Assembly: GCA_963575745.1 (NCBI GenBank)
Contig: CAUYUJ010000202.1
Coordinates: forward strand, 62,001 to 116,897
Length of the DNA: 54,897 bases
Direction: 5' to 3'
Source of the DNA: Prorocentrum cordatum
Lineage: Eukaryota
Shown: one piece after another, positions 24,929-47,399 of the stretch
Layout of the letters: each line of letters opens with the position of its first letter
Numbering within the stretch: the first letter of the stretch is position 1
The notes under the pieces: model-generated
Database searches by the model: none
The model's input: only the letters and a program-made list of their open reading frames with translations
What the model was told of the DNA's origin: nothing
Program-made: the position numbers and the translations under genes

Positions 24929-25989
24929 GGAGGAGAAGGAGGAGGAGCGGCGAGCGCGGCGCCTCTCTCGCGCCCGCGCGTGCGGCCGCCCCCTTCAACA
25001 ACCTCGACACCAAGGACCGCCGCCCCCCTTCCCCTGCCCCTTTTCCCATGTCCTTGATCTTGACTCGCTTAGCGATTGCCTCACTCACTCCCGCAATCCC
25101 TCTATTCCTTCATACCTAGCCCTCTATCGCTCTATCCCTGTCCCTTCTATTCCCATCCCCATCCCCATCCCGAGCTCTATCGCTGTCCCACTATTCCTAT
25201 CCCTACGTCCCAAGCCCCGTATAGCTATCCCTACCCGCATCCCTACCCCAATCCCTATCCCTGTCCCTATCCCTATCTCGATCCCTATCCCGATCCCCCC
25301 ATCGGGGCCCCCCAGCATGGCCCCCCCATCGTGGCCCTCCAATCGTAACCGTGTAAAGCTGCGCAGGGTCTTCTGCCGCAAGCTTGGCATCGCTCGGACG
25401 TGTGCACTTTTCCTTCGGCGAGGACCATCGAGGAGCATCCTTGATCATTTGGCGAAACAACCACGCACGAAACCGAACAAAAACACATGGAATGGACGTC
25501 CGAGCGATGCCCAGCAAGGGTGTCATGGTTTGCCAGCATTCCGGGCATCCGCCACTTTCCCTCACAAGAACGTTCCGAGCTGGGATCCGCAGGCTTCGAT
25601 AGCGCCGGAGAGGCCCTCAAGCGGCTCCAGGAGGGCCCCCGGCGCTCACAAGATGGCTCAAGATTTGTGCCTGGCATCCAAGCCATCCCCGAGGCAGCTC
25701 CATGGTGGCCCAAGGCCGCCTCAGCATGATCCCAAGAGCTCTCCAGACGGTCCCCGCTCCCCCAAAATGGCCACCCAGGAGTCCCGACTGACGCCTAGGA
25801 AACCCCAAGAGAGCACACGAGAACCCCGAGAGAGCTCAAGAGGTCCTCAAGCAGGCCCCGAGCAGGACCCAAGCTGCCCTCCAGAGCGCCCCAGGATTCC
25901 GATTTGTGCAGAGTCCCTGCAGTCTGTGCAGGACCTCCGAACCACCTGGCGTCTCTAAATGTGCTCTGTCAGCACGCTCGGCTGCCAGC

Positions 25990-33914
<7,925 letters not shown>

Positions 33915-35385
33915 CTGTCGAGCAGAGGCCGATGCGGGGCGACGGGGGGAGACCCGCGGCCCCCTTCGCTTCGCCCCCCCCCCCCCCCCCCCCCCCCCAC
34001 CCCTCCCAGCACGAGCGGCGCAGGCACCCTTCAAGGCTTCTGGGACCTCCCCGCTCCTCCCCCCTTTCCCGTCCGTCCTCCTCCCCGTGCTCCCCTTCCT
34101 CCTCGTTCCTCCGCCTCACCTTCCTCCTCTTCCCGCTGGGGGCACCTGCACCGCCGGAGCCCCTGCCTGTTTCTGCGCCCTCCTGGCTCTTCTCTCGGCT
34201 GCTCCCGCCACTCTGGGTCCCCCCGCTCTGCCTGCTAGGGGCGACGTGGGGGACCTGCAGACACTTCGCGCCCCCTCTTGCCTGACCCCTCCTCCTCCTC
34301 CTCCTCATCTCCTCCTCCTCCTCCTCCTCCTCCTCCTCCTCCTCCTCCTCCTCCTCCTCCTCCTCCTCCTCCTCCCCCTCCTCCTCCTCTCCTCCTCCTC
34401 CTCCTCCTCCTCCTCCTCCTCCTCCTCCTCCTCCTCCTCCTCCTCTCTTCTCCCGGCTCCGCCCATTGGGCCCTCCACTTCGCCGGTCAGGGGTGGGGGC
34501 GGGGGGGGACCTGCGGCCAACCCGGGCCACCCACACGAGCATCATACGCATTCTCACGGCCCTCGGGCGCCCCCTCCACTTGGCATCGCTCGGACGTGTG
34601 CATCTGTTCTCGGCGAGAACCATCGAGGGCCATCCTGGACCATCGAGCAGAAAAAACACGCACGAAGCCGACAAGTGCACGGGACATGGACTTCCGAGCG
34701 ACGGCAAGTCCGCGCTCCAGCCTCCCCTCCCTTCTTCCAGCGGCTCCTGGTCCTTCCCGTAGCAGCTCAGAACCACGTTTTTCCCTCGTGTCGCCTACCG
34801 GCCAACAGGAGCGAGCTTCGCCCTGTCGGCAGTGCACTTTCCACGGGCTCACGGGAAGTCTCTGGCGTCACTTGGCATTCCGAGGCCCCCCAGGGCGCCC
34901 TGGGACCTGGGAGCTCCCAGGGCGCGTCGCGACGACCAAAAGGGGGCCCCACGACGGTCCAAGATGACCCGAAGCGCCTGCAGACGGTCCCAGACGGCTG
35001 CCAATATGGCTTTCCGATGGCATAGCAGGGCCCCAAGACGGCCCAAGAGGGCCCCAAGAGGCCCCCCCCACGAGTGCGCCGAGATGCCCACATCATGAAT
35101 TTCTCACGGGTTTTTGAAGGTTTTTGGCGTTTTCGCCTTTTCGGGCTTCCGACGCTCCAAGACGGCCCAAGATGTTTCAAATATCACCAGCAGGCCCCCA
35201 AGCTGCCACCCACAAGCCACAGGAGGCCCCCAAGAAAGAGGTCCAAATCAGGCTCCAAGAGACCGCCGAGAGGCCCCCGAGAGGCCCCAAGGCACCCCCA
35301 AAACCGCCTCCAAGAGGCTTTCGCGAAAATGCGGCACCCACGCGCTTCTTTGTTCCTCCCTTCGTTGGAGCCGCTGCGGTCTGAA

Positions 35386-35567
35386 TACTCCAGATTTCGT
35401 AATAAAGGGAGGGGGGTCTCATTTCGGGGGGGGTCTCTTCCAGCCTATCTTGGAGGGCCTGGGGGGTCTGGGGACGATGTTTTGGAGGGTTCTCCCACGG
35501 GGGAGGTCTGAAATGGCTTGTCTTGGAGGGTCCAGACCCCCTCCCTTTTATTACGACATCTGGAGTA
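35386..35567. mobile_element. TA-flanked MITE
   Basis: TIR TACTCCAGATkTCGTAATAAA at both ends. Confidence 0.8.
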
Positions 35568-37064
35568 ACGAGAAATAGAACCCTGCAGCATCAAGCAGCA
35601 GCAGCAGCGAACGACAGCAGCACGCTGCACGAAGCAGGTAGCAGCAGCGGCAGCACACGGCAACGGCAATCAGCAGCGGGCAGCGGGCAGCAGCACGAAC
35701 CAGGCAGATTTGGCCATCACCATCACCTTGGAGCCACGAGCAGTAACAACACGCTGTATCTGTAAGACTTAACATCAGCACGTAGCAAGTAGCAGCATGC
35801 AGTAGCCTGCGCGAGTTGCGAGGGTCGAGTCTCGCCTCATAATTTCAGCCTTTCGGCAACATGTCCACAACCTCATGCCAGTTTGTTTAGATTTCGTTGC
35901 GAGTAGGCCACGGGTCAGCCCTTGTCATCTATACTATATGGATATGGCCGGAGGAACCGCGTGCCGGAAGGAAAAATCGCCAAATGCCGGGAAACGGCTC
36001 CGAGACGCTCCGGAGGCCGCCCCGACGGCCCAAAGACGGCTCCGAGCCGCTCCAAGACGGCTCCGACCCGCTCAAGATGCCCCGAAGGCGGCCCAAGAGG
36101 GCCCCGAGACGCGCAATGATCCGGCCAAGACGCCCGAGATTGGCCCAAGACGGCCCACGAGCCCCCCAAGACGGCCCAACAGGCCTCCCAAGAGGCCTCC
36201 CAAGAGAGCCCCGAGAGGCCAAAAACGTTGATTTACATTGTTTTTTTCCAAGGTTTTTTGCCAAAGACGGCTCCGAGCCGCTCCACGACGGCTCCGACCC
36301 GCTCAAGATGCCCCGAAGGCGGCCCAAGAGGGCCCCGAGACGCGCAATGATCCGGCCAAGACGCCCGAGATTGGCCCAAGACGGCCCACGAGCCCCCCAA
36401 GACGGCCCAACAGGCCTCCCAAGAGGCCTCCCAAGAGAGCCCCGAGAGGCCAACAAATTTTGATTTTCATGTGTTTTTCCAAGGTTTTTTGCTTCCTCGC
36501 TTTTTCGGCTTCCCGACGCTCCGAACCCCTCCCAGAGGTATCCAAGACCGCTCCAAGACGGTCCAAGACGGTCCAAGGCGGCCCCAGGACGGCCCCAGAG
36601 GCGCCCAAGACAGGCCAACGGGACCCCAAGATGGCCCGAAGAGCGGCCCAAGATGGCTCCAAGACGGCCCGAGGACCGCCCAAGAAGGCCCTCGGGGGCC
36701 CCAAGACAGCCCAATGGGCGCGATAAACGAGCCCAGAGAGGCCCAAGAGGCCCCCAGGAGCCCAAAAGAGGTCCCCAAACGGCCTGAGAGCTCCCCAAGA
36801 CGACCCGACAGGCCTCCCAAGAGGCCTCCCAAGAGAGCCCCGAGAGGCCAAAATTGTTGTTTTTCATTGTTTTTTCCACAGGTTTTTTTGCTTCCTCGCT
36901 TTTTCGGCTTCCCGACGCTCCGACACCCCCCCGGAGGCATCCAAGACCGCTTCAAGACGGTCCACGAGGCCCCCCAGAGGACCCCCAGACGGTACAAGAG
37001 AGCCCCAAGACGGTCCAAGGCGGCCCCAGGACGGCCCCAGAGGCGCCCAAGACAGGCCAACGGG

Positions 37065-38335
37065 ACGTTCCGTCCTGGCGCCCTCGAGGCCCTACCGAGA
37101 CGGCCTTGAAGCCGCGAGGACCTTCCCACAGGAGCCCAAGAAGATCGCAGACGCTTCGAAGAGAGCCCGAGAGAGGCCAGGGAAGGCTCCACCAGGGGCT
37201 GGGCACTGTTCGTTTTGAGCGCCCCTCAAAACGAACACCTCGAAGCTCATTTTGGTTCCGTTCTGGCGCCCTCGAGGCCCCTGCCAAGAGGGCCTTGGAG
37301 CCGCGACGACCCCCCCAAACGAGCCGAAGAAGATCTCAGACGCTTCGAAGAGAGCCCGAGAGAGGCCTGGGAAAACCCCACCAGGGGCTGGGCACTGTTC
37401 TTTGAGCGCCCCTCAAAACGAACACCTCGAAGCTCATTTTGGTTCCGTCCTGGCGCCCTCGCGGCCCCTACCGAGACGGCTTTGCCGCGAGGAGCTTCCC
37501 AAAGGAGCCCCAAACAATCTCATGAGCCTCGAAGAGAGCGCCCCCCAGAGGCGTAAGAGGGGCCCCGCGAAAGGCCGCGCTCTGTTCGTTTTGAGCGCCC
37601 CTCAAAACGAACACCATGAAGCTCTTCTTGGTTCCGTCCTGGCGCCCCGGAGGCCCCTACCAAGAGGGCCTTGAAGCCGCGAGGAGCCACCCAGAGGGGC
37701 CCAAGAAGATCTCAGGAACTTCGAAGAGAGCTCCGAGAGAGGCCTAGGAAGACCCCGCGAGAGGCCACGCACTGTTCGTTTTGAGCGCTCCTCAAAACGA
37801 ACACCTCGAAGCTCATTTTGGTTCCGTCCTGGCGCCCTCGAGGCCCCTACCAAGACGGCCTTGAAGCCGGGGGGGGCTTCCCAAAGGAGCCCAAGAATAT
37901 CTCAGACGCTTCGAAGGGAGCCCGGGAGAGGCCTGGGAAGGCCCCACCACGGGCTGGGCATTCTTCGTTTTGAGCGCCCCTCAAAACGAACACCTGGTAG
38001 CTTTGTTTTGTTCCGTCCTGGCGCCCTCGAGGCCCCTCCCGAGACGGCCTTGAAACCGCGAGGAGCCCCCGAAAGGAACCAAAAAAGATCTCAGGAATTT
38101 CGAAGAGAGCCCCGAGAGAGGCCTAGGAAGACCCCGCGAGAGGCCGCGCTCTGTTCGTTGTGAGCGCCCCTCAAAACGAACACCACGAAGCTTTTTGGGG
38201 TTCCGTCCTGGCGCCCTCCAGGCCTTTATCGAGACGGCCTTGAAGCCGCGAGGAGCTTCCCAAAGGAACCCAAGAAGATCTCAAGAACTTCGAAGAGAGC
38301 CCCGAGAGAGGCCCAAGGAAAACCCCGCGAGACTG
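37065..38335. repeat. Tandem repeat, ~189-bp unit x ~7
   Basis: GTTCCGTCCTGGCGCCCTCGAGGCCCC...TTTTGAGCGCCCCTCAAAACGAACAC recurring. Confidence 0.9.
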
Positions 38336-38775
38336 GGCCCTGCCGACGCCTTCGACGCAATCGCATTTTTTTGACGCCTTGCCGAAGGGTGTTGTCGCGC
38401 TGCGTTACAGCGCTGCAGAGGGACAGGCGGGAGAACCCGAAGGAGAGGAAAAAGAAGAGGAAGATGAGGGACAGGATGAGAGGGACGAGGATGATCAGGA
38501 GGGCACTGAGAAGGATGAGGGAGTCAGGAGGAGGAGGGGGAGGAGGAGGAGGAGGAGGAGGAGGAGGAGGAGGAGGAGGAGGAGGAGGAGGAGGAGGAAG
38601 AGGAGGAGGAGGAGGAGACGGAAACGGAGGAGGAGGAGGAACAGGAGCAACAGAAGGATAATGAGGTGGATGGGAAGATGTTCTTCTCCCCCGGCTGCTC
38701 CATCGCGCCTCCGTTCCCAATGCGTTTTGCACATGGCCCGATCGAGCCTCCTCATCTCCCATGCTCCCCAATCAG

Positions 38776-39000
38776 GCGGCGCTCAAGGTGCTCGGCGACA
38801 TGTGGAAGGCGAACCTGACGCCATCCATCGTGATCGCCTAACGGCAGCGCCTCATCACTTCGCAAGTGGACGTAGTCCACGGGTACACCCTAGTCAGCTA
38901 CAACGCCGGGATCAGCGCGTGCGAGAAGGGCGAGCAGTGGCAGCGGGCACTATCGCTGCTCAGTGATATGCGGGGGGAAAAGTTGGAGTCCGACGTCATC
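38776..39000 (+). CDS. PPR segments AALKVLGDMWKANLTPSI and SYNAGISACEKGEQWQRALSLLSDMRGEKLESDVI, separated by a 66-nt putative intron
   Basis: AG acceptor at 38774-38775. Removing GA...AG 38832-38897 keeps the frame. Confidence 0.75.
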
Positions 39001-40105
39001 GTCCCTTCAATTCTGGGACGCGTGCGTGCGGAAAGGGTCTCTGGGCAAATTGTGTGTTCTCGCCCCCCCTGGGGCTGCCCTGAGCGGCTTCGGCGCCACT
39101 CTGCGGGCCCTGGGCGGGCCTGGGGCGCCTCAGGATTACCCCTGAGACTTAGGATGTTCCAACCTACTGTAGCCTTGATCGCAAGACAGAGTTTCGGGCA
39201 CCAAGGAAGGACTGTCACTTTTCTGGGTGCTCGAATTTCTTTCTGGGATGTGGTCCTTGAACACGATGGGATCGGGATAGCCCAAGGCGTCCCCCAACGA
39301 CCCGAGACGGCCTTCGACAGGGTCCGAGAGGGCCAGAGTTGGCTCCAGAATGAGGCGGCCCGACGGGGCCCCCTATGAGGCCCCGAGCGGTTCCAAGAGG
39401 CCCCCGAGGGGTCCCCGAGCGCGCCAAGAGGCCTTGCAGGGGCTGTCCCGCCGTCCAGCAGACCACGGGGCGTTACAGTGGAAACCCATGTCAAGAAACT
39501 CGCTTCTTGCCTCCAGGATGCCTTGGGTTTTTTGACGTTCGATGGTTTTGCTATGGAAAGCGTAATGCCCCCACACCAAACATCGATGGACGTCCTGGGG
39601 TCACAGTTTTTTTTGTTGTGGAAGGTTTCTTGTGGACTGGCCTCCACTGTACAACACACCCGCTACGAGAAGGGCGTTTGTACTCGTTGCTTCTCAAACC
39701 TCTCGACGCGAGGCAGCTCCAGGACGGCCCTGGTGGAGCCTCTCGGGCTCCGGGAGGACCCCGTTTCTGTCCTCATGGTGATCGTTTTCTTTTTCGTTGT
39801 TTCACCGATCCGCGCGGGCCCTCGCACCCCCCCTCCCCTCCCGGCAAAAGGTGTTTCTGTGTCCAGATGGGGGTTTCGGTGTCCTCGATGAGTGTTTCTG
39901 TGTCCAGATAGGGTGTTTCTGTGTCCCAGTGTATGTGTGTCTTGGAGTGGGTCTGGGTTGGGAGCTTCTGTGTCCCAGCGCGCCTCTTGGACTTCCCGAG
40001 CGCTCCTCTTGGACTTCCCGAGCGCGCCTCTTGGACTTCCCGAGCGCGCCTCTTGGACTTCCCGAGAGAGCCTCTTGGACTTCCCGAGAGAGCCTCTTGG
40101 ACTTC

Positions 40106-40552
<447 letters not shown>

Positions 40553-41046
40553 CCACAAGCATGACATACACACGATGCCACAAGAGCACAAGGTGGCGGA
40601 CACAGAAACTCCAAAGTGTCCCGCGTCCACAAAATCCTGGACGCAAAAGTTTCCCCTATTGGACAACGGTTTGATTTCCACGAGATGATGGGTATCGTCG
40701 CACAATACGAAACGCATTAGAACGGCATCATAGCGGACATAGAAACACTCATCCTGGGGACCCCCGGGCGGCGCGGGACACAGAAACACCCAACGGGGAC
40801 ACAGAAACCCCCAGTTGGACACAGAAACAACCTGTCGCCTCCCCTCCCCCCCCATGGAGTAGATCTTGGCTGTTTTTGGCGCCTGTTTCGAGCAGGTGAA
40901 GTCCCTCCCATAGGACAAATTGTTGCAAGCAGTCGCGCTAAGCAGAGGTCCCGAGCCAGACCCCGCTCCTTCTCTCCCCTCCCGCCCGATGTCGGAACGT
41001 CGAATCAGACAACGCTCACCTGTGGGCCCTCCTCGGGGCCTCTTGG

Positions 41047-41260
41047 GTTACGATGTTCCAACCTACTTTGGCCTTGATCACCAGAAAGAATTACGAGCCC
41101 GTCCAGAATTGCCGAAGCTCAAGGGTTGTCACACGTCGGGCCCTGAAAGACACTCGCCCGACACTGTTTCGACACTGTTTCGACACTCTTATGACACTTT
41201 TCTGGGTGCTCGAAATTATTTCTGGGATGTGGTCTTCAAGTAGGATAGGAACGACATAAC
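41047..41260. repeat. Dispersed MITE-like repeat; related copies at ~7250-7460 and ~39150-39280
   Basis: Shared GATGTTCCAACCTACT...TTTCTGGGTGCTCGAAATTATTTCTGGGATGTGGTC and imperfect inverted ends. Confidence 0.7.
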
Positions 41261-44200
41261 TCTTGGACTGTCGTCTTCGGCGCCTCCTCGGCCGTGTCGG
41301 TCGGTCTTCAGGCCTTCTGGACCGTCTTGGGCTGCCCCAGAGAGCTCCTGGACGACCCTTGAGGCCCCCCAAAATGCCGACGACTGCCTCGCAGAGCCCC
41401 TGGACGGCCCGACGCGTTCTACGGAGAGCGCCACGACGGTTCATCAGCCCGCCGAGAGCCCCGAGACGGTCCAGGACGGCCCCGAGAGGGCCGCGCGACT
41501 TCTCTCAGCACGGCCACAAAGAGTCCCCCAGCACGGCCTCCAGCACGTTCTGCCACGGGCCTGGTGGTGCCCTTCCGTCAATTCCTTGAAGTTCCAGGCT
41601 TGCGACCACACTCCTCCCGGACCCCGAAGATTGTGATTTCTCATGAGGTGCTGAAGGAGTCGTATCAATAACGACCTCCAATCTCGAGTCGGCATGGCTT
41701 ATGGTCAAGACTAGGACGGTATCGGCTCCTGGCGCTCCCGGGGCGCTTCCCGGGCGCCCCGGCGCTCCCCGGGCGGTCCAGGACGGCCTTTGGCGGTCGC
41801 CTCGGGGGCTCCAAGACCTCCAGCGACGGTTCAGAGGCAGGGAGGAGGAGGAGGAGGAGGAGGAGGAGGAGGAGGAGGAGGAGGAGGAGGAGGAGGAGGA
41901 AGGAGGAGGAGGAGGAGGAGGAGGAGGAGGAGGAGGAGGAGGAGGAGGAGGAGGAGGAGGAGGAGCAGGAGAGGAGGAGGAGGAGGAGGAGGAGGAGGAG
42001 GAGGAAGAGGGAGGCGGAGGAGGAGGAGGAGGAGGAGGAGGAGGAGCGAGCGAGCGAGGGAGCGGAGGGGAGGAGGAGGAGGAGCGCCCTCTTCTCCCCT
42101 CCCCTCCCCTCCCCTCGCACCTCCACCTCGAGAGAGCGCCGGGATGGTCCCAGGCAGCCCGAAGCGAGCCTCAGAAGGGCCCGAGAGACGGCCCCAAGAC
42201 AGGCCAGGCCTCCAAGACTGCCCAAGAAGAGGACCCTGGTGGAGGCCCCCCGGTGCCGCAACCGTAGATTTCCTGCAGTTTTTGGCGGATTCTCAGGTTC
42301 TCCCCATTGCGCTCCAAGAACGGCTTCAGACGGCTCCCAGCGCCTCCTAGATCGCCCAATCACTGCTCATCAGGCTCCCAAGAGAGGCCCTCGACGGCCC
42401 TAAAAGTCCCAAAGATTTCCCAAAAGCGCCCGAAGACGGCCCCAGAGAGCCCCATGTGCCCTCGAAGACGGCTGCAAGAGAGTCCTCACAGAGCCCTTGA
42501 GAGCCCAAGGACGTCCCAGGAAGCCAGGGCGCTTCCAAGAAATTCGCTTCCCTGGCTGTCCTCCAGAGGGAGCTCGGGGGGACAGCCTGGGGGAACGGCC
42601 CCGGAGGCACCCAAGGTGCCGTAAGAGGCACCTCCGAGGCCCCAGGCAGCCTCGCAGGAGGACCCGAGAGGTCCCCAACGCGGCCCAAAGCGACCCAACG
42701 AATCCCGAGAGCAGCCCCCGGAGGCGCCAGACAGGCTCCCCCAGGAGGCCCCGAGTGCCGGGGAGGTGCTGCGGAGGCCGCGTGCGGAGCCTGCGCCCCA
42801 GCCAAAACGTCATGCCGGAGTTCTGGTCCCCGGTCATCGTGGGATCGGCCGATGTGAACTCCTTGCACGAACGAAATGGGCACGGAGAGAATGGGTACAA
42901 TGCCCAACAGCGGTTCCTGTTCATTTTGAACAGGACTCGCTGTCCACGCCGCCGCGGCCTGTGTCCATTCGAGACAAACGGCCGCCTGCCCAACAGCGGC
43001 CGCTGTTTGTTTGGGACAACATTTGTTGTTGGGCATAGTGCTCATTCTTTCCGTACCCATTTCGGGCGTCGCGGCGTCCCCAAAGAATCGGCCGATCTGA
43101 ACGATCTCGCGAACTCAGAGCTGCCGATCGTGCAGGCTCGAGCGTTCCACGCGGTGTCAAAGGCAACAGCGCGTCTCGTCACGACAGGAGCTCACACCGC
43201 ATTCCCTCCACGGAGTCGCCGCGGCACGCTCATTCGCTCCGAGGTCCTTCACCTGCACTCGTGTCCTCCCCCCGTCCTCTCCACGAGCTCCACGAGCTGG
43301 CTTCGACGCCCTGTTCTGCAGGTTAAGCCTACGGTTTGCGAATCACATGTTCAGCAAATCATAGTCTCTTCTACAATGCAGGGACTTATGCGTGCGAGAA
43401 GGTCCTCTGTCTAATCCCCCAGTCGCTCTGCGAGTCCCCTGGGCGCTCCGAGACTGCTCCGGGAGGTCCCAGGATGCCCCAAGACGGCCCCAAGACGCTC
43501 AAGAGGGCGCCCAGACGTCCCAAGAGGACCCCAAGCGAACCCCAGGATGCCGCCAGAGGCCTCTCAGGCAGGCCAGGAGGCTCCCGAGACGGCCCAGGAG
43601 GGCTTCCAGGAGAGCCCCAAGAGGCAAGCATCGTCCCATTCCATTTGGAAAACGTATATTTTCATATGCTCGTTTTTTCCGTGTGCACAGTCTCCAAACT
43701 GCTGTACAGGCCCCCAGATCGCCCCAAGCCGCCCCAAGACGCCCCCAGACGCCCCCAGGAGGGCCCCAAGACGGCCCGAGATGGCCTCTGGGACGGCTCC
43801 ACAGGCGCCCGAGATGGTCCAAGATCAAGATGCACCCAAGACAGCCTCAAGAGCGCCCAACAACGGTGCAAGATGGCCCCAAGACGGCCCCAAGATGGCC
43901 CGAGAGGCGCTCAAGACGACCCCAAGTCACCCCAAGGCGGCCCAAGAGGCACTCAAGACGGCCCAAGAGGGCCCCGAGAGATTCCCAGGAGGATGACAAC
44001 AGGCCCTCAAACGGCCCCAAAGAGGCCTGCGATGCCTCCCTCTTGGGGAGCGTCGACGACTGACGATCGAAGATCGACGGGATGAAGAATCGAGGGAGGA
44101 GAAGGATGAGGAGGAGGAGGAGGAGGAGGAGGAGGTGGAGGAGGAGGAGGAGGCGGAGGAGGCGGAGGCGGAGGCGGATGATGATGCTGCTGATGATGCT

Positions 44201-45541
44201 GCTGCTGATGATGATGATGATGATGATGAGGAGGGGAGGAGGAGGAGAGGAGGAGGAGCATGAGGAGGAGGAGAGCAGGAGGAAAAGTAGGAGGGAGGCG
44301 GAGGCGGAGGCGGAGGCGGAGGCGGAGCGGAGGAGGAGGAGGAGGAGGAGGAGGAGGAGGAGGAGGAGGAGGAGGAGGAGGAAGAGGAGGAGGAGGGGGA
44401 GGAGGAGGCGGTGGGCGGCGGAGGAGGCGGAGGCGGAGGCGGAGGAGGAGAAGGAGGAGGAGGAGGAGGAGGAGGAGGAGGAGGAGGAGGAGGAGGAGGA
44501 GATGAGGAGGAGGAGGAGGAGGAGGAGGGGGGGGGAGGAGCAGGAGGAGGAGGAGGAGGGAGGAGGAGGAGGAGGAGGAGGAGGAGGAGGAACAGGAGGG
44601 CGAGGAGGAGGAGGAGGAAGACGAGGAATTTCAATTCTAATACCAAGAACAATCATACCCCGAATAAGAAAGATACTACGACGAATCATTCTCATACTAG
44701 TAAGAACAATTTGTTTCATAGTCGTGATAAGGATAATCAATGCTACTCCTAAGAATACCCATTCTAAGAGTAATGATAATAACAATAATAATCATATTAC
44801 GACGAATGATAGTACTAATACTAAGAATAATACGAATCATGCTAATACGAATAATAAGAAGAAGGAGAAAGAGAGGAGGAGTAGGAGAAGGAGTACGCCC
44901 CAAATGGAACCCCCAAATCGATCGAGCTTTTCCGAGAGTATCCCAAGAACGCTTCTTGGGATACCTTCGGAGAGCTCTCGGGAGCCTCCAAGGGAAGCAC
45001 TTGTACGGCCTCTGTGAGCCTGTTTGAATTTCCAGTGTCGTCTTGGTGGCCTCTAGGACCCTCTGAGAGCCATCTGTGGGCCTTTGGGGAACGTCTTGGG
45101 GCGGTGAGCTCGAAAGGTCGATTCGTGTCCTCGCACTGGGGTCCGTCTTAGGGAGTGAAGGGCCATCTTTGGCCGTATTGGAAGCCTCTTGGCCCGTCTT
45201 GGAGACCTCTTGGGCCGTCTCGGCGCTCTCTTGCGGGCGTCTTGGGCCGTCGAAATTCCAGACGAACGATCAGGAACATGCCCGCGCCCATTGGCCCCAT
45301 TCTCACCACACTACCAGATGAGATTATCATACGGCCCCGGCGAATAGCAGATAAAATGATCAAGGCAACTCGCCCAGCAGAAGCTATGATGAACACAGGG
45401 CGCGGCGTGAGAAACAGCTTCTGTCCACACCATGTCGTGCCTACATGGGGTGTGCTTCCACTGACACCCCCTCCAGCGGCCACCTCCTCCATCCACACCG
45501 CCCCCTCCAACCTCCCACCCCCGCGCGGGTCAGCCCTACTC

Positions 45542-46276
45542 AGCTTCAACGCTGGGATCAGCGCGTGCGAGAAAGGCCTACAATGGCAGCGGGCATTGTT
45601 GCTGCTCAGAGAGATGTGGCAAGCGAAGCTGGATCCCACCATCATCAGCTATAACGCTGGGATCAGTGCGTGCGAGAAGGGCGAACAGTGGCAGCAGGCT
45701 TTGGCCCTGCTGAGCGAGATGAGGGAGGTAAAGTTGGAGCCCAGCATCACCAGCTACAACGCTGGGATCGGCGCCTGCGCGAAGGGCGAGCAGTGGCAGC
45801 GTTCTTTGTCGCTGCTCAGTGAGATATGGGAGGCTATGTTGGAGCCCGACGTCATCAGCAATAGCGCTGGGATCAGCGCGTGTGTGAAGGGCGAGCAGTG
45901 GCAGCTGGCTTTGACGCTGCTGAGCGAGATGCGGGAGGCGGCATTCGAGTCCAGCATCATCAGCTACAGCGCTGGGATCAGTGCTTCCGAGAAGGGCGAG
46001 CAGTGGCAGCGGGCTTTGTCGTTGCTGAGCGAGATGAGGGAGGTGAAGTTTGAGCCCGACATCATTAGCTACAGCGCTGGGATCAGCGCTTTCGAGAAGG
46101 CCAGGCAATGGCAACGGGCACTACTGCTGCTTAGAGATATGTGGGAGGCCATGTTGGAGCCCGACGTCATCAGCTGCAGCGCTGGGATCAGCGCTTGCGC
46201 GAATGGCGAGCAGTGGCAGCAGGCGCTGTCGCTGCTGACGGCGGTTCGGGGGGCGAAGATTGAGCCCAACTCCATC
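45542..46276 (+). CDS. PPR array of exactly 7 tandem 35-aa repeats
   Basis: 735 nt = 7 x 105 nt with consensus SYSAGISACEKGEQWQRALSLLSEMxEAKLEPDVI. Confidence 0.93.
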
Positions 46277-47399
46277 TTGGACTATTTGGTCCCATCTTGG
46301 AGCCATCCCGGGCCATTCTGGACCCTCCAACGACCCGCGCTGGGGAGGGGTCCACGACCAGGGAGGGGGTATGAAGGGGAGAGGCAAACCTCTCCCCGAA
46401 AGGGCACAAGGAGTCTGGAAGCACCAACTCCCCCAGACCACCTGCGCCCCGCGCGCCCTGGAAGGTGGCGTGCCTCGAGCCCCCCGCCCTCCCCGCCCCG
46501 GCACGGCCGGAACAGGCCCCAGGGCCCCGGCGAGCTCCGAGGGTACCTCCAAGACTCGCGCCGGACGACATCGGGGGTTGGGGTATGGGGGGGGTCAAGC
46601 TAGCCAGCTCGAGCGTTCAAGCATGGCATGCCCATTCCCACCCGCCCTCCCACAACATATGAAACAGTGATGGCACAACGGACAGGCTGCTGTCTTCCCC
46701 CTCGCCGTACCCCTAAACCCCCCAAATCCGTTCCGAAGGTAGCCTTCGGACTCCTCCCGGGTCCAAACGCACAACTTTTTCGAGTCGCGTCCAGCCGTGA
46801 CTTAGAGGAGGACCCCGAGGGCCAGAAAGCTTCGAACACCGATTCTCGAGGCAACGGACAGGCTGCTGTCTTCCCCCTCACCGTACCCCCAAACCCAGAT
46901 CCGGTCCGAAGGAAGCCTTCGGACCCCTCCCGGGTCCAAACGCACCATTTTTTCGAGTCGCGTCCAGCCGTGACTTAGAAGAAGACCCCGAGGGCCAGAA
47001 AGACTCGAACACCGATGCTCGAGGCGCAAAGTTCGAGCACCTCACTGAAACACTCCCCTTCGGCGCGCCGCCGACCATGACCTGTGGGCGGCGCCGGCGC
47101 CGTTCGCCGCGACGGGCCCTCCCGGTTCGGGCTTCGAGGCTCCTCGGAAGCTCTCGCGGCTCTGGCGTTTTTCCGTCGACTTCTCACGTTTTTCCTTCGA
47201 CTTCGCCCTCCAGGGAACAATTTCGAAAGTGCGCCAGTGGATCTCCCTGAATACACTAAAAGGGGGGGGTCCGGACTTAATCCCCCCCCTCCCCTCCCTC
47301 CCTTGAAGGGGGGGGGGGGGGGGGTCCGGAACCCCCCCCCCCCCTCTCTCCCCCTTGGCGCTGGAAAGGGGGGGGGGTGTTCGGACCCCCCTCCCCAGT

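Larger units (their letters stand above)
18446..25088 (+). mobile_element. Full-length non-LTR retrotransposon (LINE) with APE, RT and RNase H
   Basis: Perfect 16-bp direct repeat TCCCGCAATCCCTCTA at 18430-18445 and 25089-25104 (TSD). Two tandem ORFs 12 nt apart. Short (TCAC)n 3' tail. Removing the element rejoins pyrimidine-rich low-complexity flanks. Confidence 0.95.
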